From the NCBI GenBank assembly GCA_047150005.1, contig AP038806.1, positions 3,040,001-3,104,000 of the forward strand: 64,000 bases of DNA, written 5' to 3'. The DNA comes from Nitrospira sp. GTDB taxonomy: Bacteria > Nitrospirota > Nitrospiria > Nitrospirales > Nitrospiraceae. The translations under genes and the position numbers were made by a program. The notes under the pieces are model-generated. The model did not search any database and had not been told where the DNA came from. It saw only the letters and a list, made by a program, of their open reading frames with translations. Position 1 is the first letter of the stretch, and every line of letters begins with the position of its first letter. Below, piece by piece: positions 55,447-64,000 of this stretch.

Positions 55447-55950
55447 TCAGCTCTTTGCCGGCTTGAATGTGAGCTGATCCGTGGTGTAATCGTACGTCAT
55501 CGTACCGAAAGACCCCACCATGTTAGTGGCTCCGGTTTGTCCTGCTCCGGATACTTGGCTATTCACGACAACTGTAACCATCTCCCGCTGAGAATCTCGG
55601 CCGCTTTCAGCCAATACCCTCAATGCGGCTTTGGCAATCTTGTAAGTGTCGTTCTTGACTTGATCCGGATTCGCAGGCGCATTCGCATACATGAGGGTCA
55701 TGCGGATCTGACGTCTTTCGATCTCATCGAATACGATATCGTTCCATCCCGCCGGTAAAGGACCAATGGTCGAGGTCACGCGGTCTTTGATCGCCTGTTG
55801 GTCTGAACTGCTCACCGTAGTCGGAGCATTGACTCCTGCGACTGGAGTCGTGTGTGTCGCGGCGGTTGGTGTGCTGTTTCCTCCACCGCCTTCTCCACTG
55901 CAGGACAGTATTAACGCTGAGAATGTGAGGAGAGCGATCATCCGCCACAT
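55447..55950 (-). CDS. Hypothetical lipoprotein
   Basis: Signal peptide ending ILSC. Confidence 0.6.
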   Translation of the reverse strand: MWRMIALLTFSALILSCSGEGGGGNSTPTAATHTTPVAGVNAPTTVSSSDQQAIKDRVTSTIGPLPAGWNDIVFDEIERRQIRMTLMYANAPANPDQVKNDTYKIAKAALRVLAESGRDSQREMVTVVVNSQVSGAGQTGATNMVGSFGTMTYDYTTDQLTFKPAKS

Positions 55951-56166
55951 TGAAGTGCCTCCTTATCAATCACTGGTGATGCTGGAGCTTGAGCACTGTC
56001 CCACGGTGTAGTCGCGAGCGAAGTATCTCCGTCGATATCGATTCGCGCCTGGATTGTTCGTGAGACAGCGACTCAAATCGGAATTCCAAAGCAATGGGTT
56101 TCACCAGGAGAGGTATTGTAGGCAGGCAAACAGTCGAGGCGCAAGACCGGGACTTGTTTGATCAGC

Positions 56167-56211
56167 CTCGTAAGGCGGGGGCCCTGGGTTCGAGTCTCAG
56201 GCAGCTCACCA
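56167..56211 (+). other. 3' half of a tRNA gene (att-like scar)
   Basis: CTCGTAA-GGCGG-GGGCC-CTGGG-TTCGAGT-CTCAG-GCAGCTC-A-CCA has canonical spacing; no 5' half upstream. Confidence 0.7.
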
Positions 56212-56355
56212 CATCCCATTGTTTGCGGACGATTCACGAACAACAACTTCCCGATGTGAATACGTAACCCGTTTGAGGGGATTGTGGTTGTGCAGTTATT
56301 TGCACAAAATGCGCAGCCTTCATGAGCCCATTTCATTTCCGTCGTAGGGGTCCTT

Positions 56356-59300
56356 TTGGGTTATTTGATTGTGTTTCCGCTTCGGTATGCGAGAAAGCAG
56401 GGGAACTCGGGTGTGCTCTGGACCGGGATCTTTGCAGCGCTGGTCTGCCTCCTGACTTCTGCGAGTGTTGAACTACAAGCCGCCAGCCTCCCTCCCGGAT
56501 TCTCTGAATCGGTAGTCTTCTCCGGGTTAACAGAGCCGACCACTGTTCGCTTTTCGCCGGACGGAAAGGTGTTCGTCGCCGAAAAGAGCGGCCGCATCAA
56601 GGTCTTCCCGAATCTGTCGAGCACCACTCCGACCGTGTTTCACGACTTACGGACCAATGTGCACAACTATTGGGACCGCGGGCTGATGGGGCTGGAACTA
56701 CACCCCGATTTCCCAACGGTTCCTTATGTCTATGTTTCTTATACCTATGACAAGGACCCCAATAATGCACAAGTGCCCCGATGGGGAACAGTCGGAGCTA
56801 CGTCGGATGCTTGTCCAACCCCTCCAGGACCGACCACGGACGGATGCGTCGTGAGCGGCCGGGTCTCGCTGCTCCAATCGTCCGGCGGCAATGTATCGAC
56901 CGGAACGGAAATTGTCTTGGTCGAAGGGTGGGGACAACAGTTTCCGAGCCACTCCATGGACACCGTCATGTTCGGTCCGGACGGCGCGCTGTACGCCTCT
57001 GCCGGAGATGGGGCCAGCTTTAACTTCGCCGATTATGGACAAGCAGGTAATCCCTTGAATCCGCTAGGGGATCCACCGGTAGGAATCGGCGGAGTTCAGA
57101 CGCCTCCGAAAGCGGAAGGCGGCGCGACTAGATCCCAGAGTCTTCGCCGCGTCAACGGACCGGTGGTCCTCAATGGCACGATCATCAGGATTGACCCCTA
57201 TACTGGAGCGCCTCTCTCCGATAACCCTCTGTTCGCCAATACAGACCCCAATGCCCGCAGGATTGTGGGTTACGGATTCCGCAATCCGTTTCGCTTCACA
57301 TTCAGACCGGGGACCAATGAGTTGTGGATCGGTGACGTAGGGTGGGGGACGTGGGAGGAGATCAATCGGATTTCGGATCCTCTGAGTCCAACCGTAAGAA
57401 ACTTCGGCTGGCCCTGCTACGAAGGGGCCGGTGTACAGTCGGCTTATCAATCGATTGGTCTGACTATTTGCCAAAATCTTTACTCTCAGCCGAGTGGGCA
57501 TACTCCTCCGCATTTTGCCTATCAGGCAAACCAGCCTGTGGTATCAGGAGAAACATGTTCCAACGGCAGTTCATCAATTTCAGGCCTGGCGTTCATGCAG
57601 GGAGGAACGTATCCAGCCTCGTATCAGGGCGCGCTGTTCTTCGCCGACCATTCCCGGAGGTGCATTTGGAGCATGCGACCAGGAGCGAACGGATTGCCGG
57701 ATTCGGCGACCAGAGCTACGTTTGTCGACCCCGCCTCCAATCCGGTCGACCTACAAATTGGGCCGGGAGGAGATTTGTTCTACGTGGACTTCGAGGGAGG
57801 GGCCATCCGACGTATCCGGTACACGAGCGGTAATCAGGCTCCGAATGTCGTGATTCAGGCGGCTCCCTTGGCAGGGCCGGTTCCCCTTAACGTCACGTTC
57901 GATGGGAGCGGGTCGACCGACCCTGATGCAGGCGACACCCTAAAGTACTCATGGGACTTGAATGGCGACGGAATCTTTGACGATGCCGTGACGGCTCAGG
58001 CCTCCTTCACCTACACGCAAGCAAATCTGTACAAGGTGCGGCTCAAGGTCACCGATAATCATGGAGCGTCGAGCATCGATAGCATCTCGATCCAGGCGGG
58101 GAGCCCGACAGCATTCATTGATGCTCCGACTGCGGGTACTCAATGGCAGGTCGGCCAGTCCGTCACCTTCTCCGGTCACGCCACCGCACCTGGACAGGGA
58201 GCGCTCCCGCCCTCGGCATTTCTGTGGGACGTGATCCTGCATCATTGCCCATCCGACTGTCATACCCATCCCATACAAAGTTTCCCCGGCGTGACGTCGG
58301 GATCGTTTTCGGCGCCTGACCATGAATATCTCTCTTATTTGGAGATCAAGCTGACGGTAAAGACTGCCGCCGGCCTGACGGACACCAAGAGCGTCCAGCT
58401 GAATCCGCAGACCGTCACTCTGGACTTTGAGTCCACTCCACCGGGTCTGCAGCTGGCTGTCGGAAGCAGCACCTCCGTCACTCCTTTCACGCGAACGGTC
58501 ATTCTGGGGTCCATGAACTCGGTCAGTGCCGGCACACCACAGATCCAGGGATCGACGACCTATCACTTCAATTCCTGGTCCGATGGAGGCAACCAATCGC
58601 ACCTCATTCTTGCAGCGGGTACTGGAACCTACACGGCCAACTACAGCCTCACCGCCGATACGTCCCAACCGACAATGCCGACCAGTCTCACAGCCGGAAC
58701 ACCCAGCGGGACGCAGGTGAATCTAAGTTGGCCTACCTCAACCGATAATATTGGTGTAACGGGTTATCAGGTGGAACGCTGCCAAGGGGCCGGCTGCAGC
58801 AGCTTTGCGCTGATTGCGTCCCCGACCACGACCAGCTACACCGACACCGGCCTGAGCAGCGGCACCACCTACAACTACCGGGTCCGGGCCAGGGATGCCG
58901 TGGGCAATTTCAGTCCCTATTCACCCATCACGACGGCACTGACCACCGGCACCGGCCGGACGACGTTGTTTACGGACACGTTCAATCGGGTGGACAGTGC
59001 GGACCTGGGCGCGGCCTATACCGATTCGTATAGCGGTTTCACGAGCGGCCGGATTCTCTCACAACGAGTCGTCATGTCCGCCGTGGGGGCGGCGGCCGCC
59101 ACCGTGGAGCAGTATACCGGCGTCACGACCCCGAACGATCAGTGGAGCGAAGTGACGATCGGCGCGTTGGCGAGTGGGGTGGGCGCCCAAGTGGGGGCCC
59201 ATGTCCGGTTGAGCAACCCCAGTGTCTATAGCGGCTATCGCTGTTTTGCGGCCATCAACCAAACGAATCGATCCGGCATTCGGCGGTTCAGTGGGGGGGT

Positions 59301-62043
59301 CTCGACGGCGCTGCAGAGTGACACCACGACGGTCTGGGGGGCGGGGGATAAACTCCGCTGTGAAGCGCAAGGCTCCACGATCAAACTCTATCGGGTGGTG
59401 GGGACCGCCGAGACGCTCGTGCTGAGCGCGACCGATGCGACTTATGCGAGCGGCACCACCGGGATCTATGTGGCGGTGGGGACGGGCGGCACCGTGACCG
59501 ATGCGCAGCTCAGCGGCTTTGCGATGGGCGGCTTCGGCCTCCCTGTCGACACGACCCCGCCGACGGCGCCGGGCAGTCCCACGGGCAGTGCGTCCAGCGG
59601 CACGCAGATCAATCTGAGTTGGCCTGCGGCGAGCGACCTCGTCGGCGTAACCAACTATCGGGTGGAACGCTGCCAAGGGGCCGGCTGCAGCAGCTTTGTG
59701 CTCATTGCCTCCCCGACCACGACCAGCTACGCCGACACCGGCCTGACTCCCGGAACCAGTTATAGTTATCGGGTGCGCGCGGAAGATGCCGCGCATAATT
59801 TGAGTCAGTATTCTTCACCCATCCTCACCGTGGCGACGCCCGCCACGCCGCCGCCCACCGGCCGGACGACGTTGTTTACGGACACGTTCAATCGGGTGGA
59901 CAGTGCGGACCTGGGCGCGGCCTATACCGATTCGTATAGCGGTTTCACGAGCGGCCGGATTCTCTCACAACGAGTCGTCATGTCCGCCGTGGGGGCGGCG
60001 GCCGCCACCGTGGAGCAGTATACCGGCGTCACGACCCCGAACGATCAGTGGAGCGAAGTGACGATCGGCGCGTTGGCGAGTGGGGTGGGCGCCCAAGTGG
60101 GGGCCCATGTCCGGTTGAGCAACCCCAGTGTCTATAGCGGCTATCGCTGTTTTGCGGCCATCAACCAAACGAATCGATCCGGCATTCGGCGGTTCAGTGG
60201 GGGGGTCTCGACGGCGCTGCAGAGTGACACCACGACGGTCTGGGGGGCGGGGGATAAACTCCGCTGTGAAGCGCAAGGCTCCACGATCAAACTCTATCGG
60301 GTGGTGGGGACCGCCGAGACGCTCGTGCTGAGCGCGACCGATGCGACTTATGCGAGCGGCACCACCGGGATCTATGTGGCGGTGGGGACGGGCGGCACCG
60401 TGACCGATGCGCAGCTCAGCGGCTTTGCGATGGGCGGCTTCGGCCTCCCTGTCGACACGACCCCGCCGACGGCGCCGGGCAGTCCCACGGGCAGTGCGTC
60501 CAGCGGCACGCAGATCAATCTGAGTTGGCCTGCGGCGAGCGACCTCGTCGGCGTAACCAACTATCGGGTGGAACGCTGCCAAGGGGCCGGCTGCAGCAGC
60601 TTTGTGCTCATTGCCTCCCCGACCACGACCAGCTACGCCGACACCGGCCTGACTCCCGGAACCAGTTATAGTTATCGGGTGCGCGCGGAAGATGCCGCGC
60701 ATAATTTGAGTCAGTATTCTTCACCCATCCTCACCGTGGCGACGCCCGCCACGCCGCCGCCCACCGGCCGGACGACTCTGGCCACGGACAACTTTAACCG
60801 GGCTGATGCGGCCAACTTGGGCAGTCTGTGGAGTGGAGGCTATACCGGCAAAGACGAGGTGGACATTGCTGCCAATCAGGCCCGCGTCACCAATCTCAAC
60901 ACGTCCGACCCGAAATCGGTTGAAAGCTACAACGCGGTGACGCCGGGCGCCGATCAGTGGTGTCAGATTACACTGGGGACCTTTACCGGTTCCGAGGATC
61001 GGGAGGTCGGCTGCGCCCTCCGGATGGCGGCCCCGCCCACGATCAACTGGTACTGGTGCTATGCGCGGAAAACCGCCGCCAACCTGCCGGCTCGCAATAG
61101 CGCGATTGTCAGCCACCATCCGAACGGCATCGGGGACGCAAACCTGGCCAGCGATTTCGACACCGTCTGGGGCAGTGGGGATCGGCTGCGCTGCGAAGCC
61201 CAAGGGACCACCTTGCGTCTCTATCGGATCCCCGCCGGGTCCACGACGGACACCCTGGTGCTCACGACGACCGATACGGAGTTTACGAGCGGCCGCGCAG
61301 GCCTCGTGTTCTGGATGAACACCGGCGGCACCCCCACTAACGCGACGGCGGACGACTGGGCGATGGGCGGCTTCGGAACGGCTCCGCCTGCTGCGGCCGT
61401 GACCTTCGATGCCGTGAGCAGTTCCGCCACCGGCAACACGACCAATGCCATCACCTGGTCCCACACCGTCGGGAGCGGCGCGAATCGCGTGCTCGCCGTC
61501 TGTACGCAAGCCCGGGATACGGTAGCGGGCGATGTCGCCGTCACCAGCGTCACCGTCAATGGTGGCATCCCACTGACGAAAGCCCGTTCGGATGTGCGCA
61601 CCGATTCAGGCCTGGCGTTAGGAACCGAGCTCTGGTATCTGGTGAACCCGGCGATGGGACCGAATACGATCACGGTGACGTGGGCGGGCGCACTCTCCAG
61701 CTATGGCGTCGGGTCCTCCACAAGTTATGCCGGCGTGGATCAAGCCGCCCCAGTGGATGCGACCGCGGGCAATGGCGGCAGCGGCACGACGCTTTCGGCG
61801 CAGATCACTACGGGAACCCCCCATGCGGTGATTACGGATTGTGCCATTGCGCAGGCGAACGGCATGACGGTAGGCTCCGGACAAACCACTCGGGTCAACC
61901 GCCTCACCACGGGCACCACTGATGCGGTCGGAGTTTCAACCGTGAACGACAAAGCGGTAGCTGGATCGGAGACGATGGACTGGACCCAAGTGGACGCCCA
62001 AAACTGGGTGAGCAGCGTCGTTTCCTTCCGGCCGGTACCCTGA
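56356..62043 (+). CDS. Large secreted protein: GSDH/PQQ-type beta-propeller, PKD, FN3 and repeated DxFNR beta-domains
   Basis: FGPDGALYASAGDG, GFRNPFR, DVGWGTWEEIN, NFGWPCYEG; FDGSGSTDPD PKD; three FN3 units. Confidence 0.85.
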   Translation: MGYLIVFPLRYARKQGNSGVLWTGIFAALVCLLTSASVELQAASLPPGFSESVVFSGLTEPTTVRFSPDGKVFVAEKSGRIKVFPNLSSTTPTVFHDLRTNVHNYWDRGLMGLELHPDFPTVPYVYVSYTYDKDPNNAQVPRWGTVGATSDACPTPPGPTTDGCVVSGRVSLLQSSGGNVSTGTEIVLVEGWGQQFPSHSMDTVMFGPDGALYASAGDGASFNFADYGQAGNPLNPLGDPPVGIGGVQTPPKAEGGATRSQSLRRVNGPVVLNGTIIRIDPYTGAPLSDNPLFANTDPNARRIVGYGFRNPFRFTFRPGTNELWIGDVGWGTWEEINRISDPLSPTVRNFGWPCYEGAGVQSAYQSIGLTICQNLYSQPSGHTPPHFAYQANQPVVSGETCSNGSSSISGLAFMQGGTYPASYQGALFFADHSRRCIWSMRPGANGLPDSATRATFVDPASNPVDLQIGPGGDLFYVDFEGGAIRRIRYTSGNQAPNVVIQAAPLAGPVPLNVTFDGSGSTDPDAGDTLKYSWDLNGDGIFDDAVTAQASFTYTQANLYKVRLKVTDNHGASSIDSISIQAGSPTAFIDAPTAGTQWQVGQSVTFSGHATAPGQGALPPSAFLWDVILHHCPSDCHTHPIQSFPGVTSGSFSAPDHEYLSYLEIKLTVKTAAGLTDTKSVQLNPQTVTLDFESTPPGLQLAVGSSTSVTPFTRTVILGSMNSVSAGTPQIQGSTTYHFNSWSDGGNQSHLILAAGTGTYTANYSLTADTSQPTMPTSLTAGTPSGTQVNLSWPTSTDNIGVTGYQVERCQGAGCSSFALIASPTTTSYTDTGLSSGTTYNYRVRARDAVGNFSPYSPITTALTTGTGRTTLFTDTFNRVDSADLGAAYTDSYSGFTSGRILSQRVVMSAVGAAAATVEQYTGVTTPNDQWSEVTIGALASGVGAQVGAHVRLSNPSVYSGYRCFAAINQTNRSGIRRFSGGVSTALQSDTTTVWGAGDKLRCEAQGSTIKLYRVVGTAETLVLSATDATYASGTTGIYVAVGTGGTVTDAQLSGFAMGGFGLPVDTTPPTAPGSPTGSASSGTQINLSWPAASDLVGVTNYRVERCQGAGCSSFVLIASPTTTSYADTGLTPGTSYSYRVRAEDAAHNLSQYSSPILTVATPATPPPTGRTTLFTDTFNRVDSADLGAAYTDSYSGFTSGRILSQRVVMSAVGAAAATVEQYTGVTTPNDQWSEVTIGALASGVGAQVGAHVRLSNPSVYSGYRCFAAINQTNRSGIRRFSGGVSTALQSDTTTVWGAGDKLRCEAQGSTIKLYRVVGTAETLVLSATDATYASGTTGIYVAVGTGGTVTDAQLSGFAMGGFGLPVDTTPPTAPGSPTGSASSGTQINLSWPAASDLVGVTNYRVERCQGAGCSSFVLIASPTTTSYADTGLTPGTSYSYRVRAEDAAHNLSQYSSPILTVATPATPPPTGRTTLATDNFNRADAANLGSLWSGGYTGKDEVDIAANQARVTNLNTSDPKSVESYNAVTPGADQWCQITLGTFTGSEDREVGCALRMAAPPTINWYWCYARKTAANLPARNSAIVSHHPNGIGDANLASDFDTVWGSGDRLRCEAQGTTLRLYRIPAGSTTDTLVLTTTDTEFTSGRAGLVFWMNTGGTPTNATADDWAMGGFGTAPPAAAVTFDAVSSSATGNTTNAITWSHTVGSGANRVLAVCTQARDTVAGDVAVTSVTVNGGIPLTKARSDVRTDSGLALGTELWYLVNPAMGPNTITVTWAGALSSYGVGSSTSYAGVDQAAPVDATAGNGGSGTTLSAQITTGTPHAVITDCAIAQANGMTVGSGQTTRVNRLTTGTTDAVGVSTVNDKAVAGSETMDWTQVDAQNWVSSVVSFRPVP
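58950..60776 (+). repeat. Tandem 906-bp (302-aa) duplication
   Basis: 58950-59855 matches 59856-60761; identical translations in several frames. Confidence 0.92.
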
Positions 62044-62274
62044 CCGGCTGATCGTCAGTTCGAGTCCCTGACGGCTCGCCACACATCTTCAACGAAGTCC
62101 GAATCGAAAATCCGGAATGCCGACCCGGTCGCGAACCTCACAGAGCCCCCGCACCAGGAATCTGCCTTGAGTTCATGAGCAGGATTCTACACAGATCCCG
62201 TGGTCCCGTGTTATGGGGAGCGTGACAAACGGGTAGGGAGTCTTTTGGCGGATCAGCTGGAAGACGGTGCATGG

Positions 62275-62571
62275 CTATTCCAACCGAACGACAATGCCCT
62301 CGTCCGCGCCGAGCTGAAACCGGTCGGCGGTCCAACGTGCCATATCCCGTTGCGGATCGGTAGACAGGATGAGTGTCCCGTTACGCCCATATATGGGAAG
62401 CGACGTCGAGAGCGTGATGGTCTGCACCCGTGCGCTGAAGTTGACCGCGATGAGGATGGCTTCTGTCTGGTCTTCCGTTTGGAACAGCCGTTGATAAAGC
62501 AGGCACTCCTTCGGGCCGGCGTCAACCGGCTGGTAGATCCCCGCCGTGAGTGCCCGCGATTCCTTCTTCAA
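62275..62571 (-). pseudogene. C-terminal beta-domain fragment of a GH13 alpha-glucosidase-like gene
   Basis: ALTAG..CLLYQR..ILIAVNFS..ILST..LGADEGIVV. Confidence 0.55.
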
Positions 62572-62574
62572 CCA

Positions 62575-63690
62575 CTATTCAGATGCGGCTGAGCCCTGCT
62601 CCGGAATCCCCGCGGCTGCCACGTAGAGAGAGATCTCGCCGATGCCGTCGATGCCGTCGATGCCGAGCTCCTTTTCAATCTCCGTATCGAGCTTGGCGGA
62701 AGAGGTGAATGGCGCGAGACCAAGGTGAGTGCACACGAGATGAAACGTTTGGCCGAGGTGTCCGGCATCGAGCAGCAGGACGCGGTAGGCATGGTCGTGT
62801 TTGTACTTCCACATGCTGCGCTCCACCATGGCGGTCATAAAGAAGACGACCGGCGCGTTGCGAAACCATGGTTGTCCGGCCATGAGCCGCACAAGACGAT
62901 CCCGGGAAAGTGGAGCGTGTAAGTACTCAAGGGCATGTCGCCTGACCGAGTAATGGTAGAGACCGGCCGGAATACCTTCCACGTGACGAATGAGCGGGTA
63001 GACCTCGATCGGGTGCCTGGCTCCACCCGAAGGCGACGTCTTGAGGATGTAGGAGCCCACCGGGCTTTGAATCTCATGCGTGCGGCCCCACGTCCAGAAT
63101 AGCAGGGTGCCGAGTTGCTTCCGCGTCAATGGCCGGCGCGAAAACCGCCGGCGTGTCCGGCGCCGGCGTAGCACATCCCAAAATTCTCCCGCAGCACCAT
63201 CGCATGCATCAAGGCGCGTCAATGGCCGGCGTGGAAACTCCTTGTATGCTGATGGAGGCGGCACGCGTCCGGCATATTGTGCGAGGCTTCGTCGTTGGAC
63301 GGCGAGATCCGGCTCATAGGGAACTCGTTGCGTCACGAAGTGGAAAAACCGGCTACTAGGTCCCCACTCCCACGACTGCTCGAGATGAGCGTCCCGCCGT
63401 TCGGGTTCAGAGCCTTCAACCACCAGCAGTCCTTGCCGAAGCAGTCTCTGGAGAATCGTGTTTCCCTTTGGGAGGGCGGCGAACGCCCGCTGACAGACAC
63501 GGAGGGATATACCATTCTTGAGGGTCGTCAATACGTGGAGGACCGGCAACGATACCGTGGTTTGGGTCCGCGCAAGATAGTTCTCAAGCACGAACTCGTC
63601 GTTCCGCCAGTACCCGATAAGGCAACTCGCCCGCCGGATCCTCGGAGCGCGTAGTCTTGCGCCGTGCCGCCGATCCCCTAGGCGCAGCAA
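62575..63690 (-). CDS. SagB/ThcOx-type peptide dehydrogenase (nitroreductase fold) with an N-terminal extension
   Basis: RRRTRR, KTSPSGGARHPIEVY, GLYHY, WKY..AYR..LDAGH; proposed TTG start at 63690 with GGAG 6 nt upstream. Confidence 0.85.
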   Translation of the reverse strand: MLRLGDRRHGARLRAPRIRRASCLIGYWRNDEFVLENYLARTQTTVSLPVLHVLTTLKNGISLRVCQRAFAALPKGNTILQRLLRQGLLVVEGSEPERRDAHLEQSWEWGPSSRFFHFVTQRVPYEPDLAVQRRSLAQYAGRVPPPSAYKEFPRRPLTRLDACDGAAGEFWDVLRRRRTRRRFSRRPLTRKQLGTLLFWTWGRTHEIQSPVGSYILKTSPSGGARHPIEVYPLIRHVEGIPAGLYHYSVRRHALEYLHAPLSRDRLVRLMAGQPWFRNAPVVFFMTAMVERSMWKYKHDHAYRVLLLDAGHLGQTFHLVCTHLGLAPFTSSAKLDTEIEKELGIDGIDGIGEISLYVAAAGIPEQGSAASE

Positions 63691-63980
63691 GTATCGCTCC
63701 AGTAGGCGCAGCTTGCGACCGGGAGACGCGCCTTCCCAAGCGTGCCGCATCTGAAATCAATCTGGAACGGAACTTTTGGATTGAAACGGCCGCCTTTGGG
63801 CTTAAAGTTTCTCATCAGCTCGGCAAACTGCTCTTCGGTGAGATTGATGGAGATCTTTTGTTTTGCCGCCATCTTCTTGACCATCTTCGACGCCTGTTCG
63901 CCGGGGAGTTGTTTTCCTCCAGGCGCGGATTTGGAAGCCCGTTTCGTTGGTCTGGATGTCTTGCGTTTCCTTTGTGCCAT
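63678..63980 (-). CDS. Putative RiPP precursor peptide ending ASCAYWSDTCCA
   Basis: GGAGG SD; 100 aa; overlaps the proposed start of the SagB-like gene. Confidence 0.65.
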   Translation of the reverse strand: MAQRKRKTSRPTKRASKSAPGGKQLPGEQASKMVKKMAAKQKISINLTEEQFAELMRNFKPKGGRFNPKVPFQIDFRCGTLGKARLPVASCAYWSDTCCA

Positions 63981-64000
63981 GGTCTGCCTCCAGGTTATGA

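Noticed and set aside
62638..62666. 9-bp tandem repeat giving GIDGIDGI in the SagB-like gene
   Set aside because: Small in-frame slippage near the C-terminus with no evident significance.

Overview
Bacterial chromosome segment from a Nitrospira. The 16S contains the Nitrospira FISH target AGAGGAGCGCGGAATTCC and the lineage II target GGAGAGACTGCCCAGGAGAA. 1-20 kb: lipoproteins, an S8 protease with a JDVT-CTERM-like tail next to a CPBP intramembrane protease, a sulfite-oxidase-family Mo enzyme divergent from a Rieske/cyt c/cyt b-c cluster, an RND system whose two permease genes share an identical 749-bp block, an atypical 2TM channel and a Ca2+/H+ exchanger. 20.4-26.9 kb: an rrn operon (16S-Ile-Ala-23S-5S). 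Its 23S is interrupted by two group I introns (E. coli positions 1931 and 1951) separated by a 20-nt exon. The second intron encodes a LAGLIDADG endonuclease whose stop codon straddles the 3' splice site. 27-56 kb: an accessory mosaic containing an IS3 and an IS481 inside a nuclease-helicase gene, a RAYT with perfect terminal inverted repeats, repeated scars of an xth-like 3' end joined to a deaminase 5' end, a PNPOx-GAF-wHTH regulator facing a two-domain cupredoxin across phased TTAG repeats, several decayed genes and a tRNA 3'-half scar. 56-64 kb: a large modular secreted protein with a 906-bp tandem duplication, then an overlapping pair of a Cys-tailed peptide and a SagB-like dehydrogenase (candidate RiPP system). 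All calls come from motif recognition by eye; no database searches were run.
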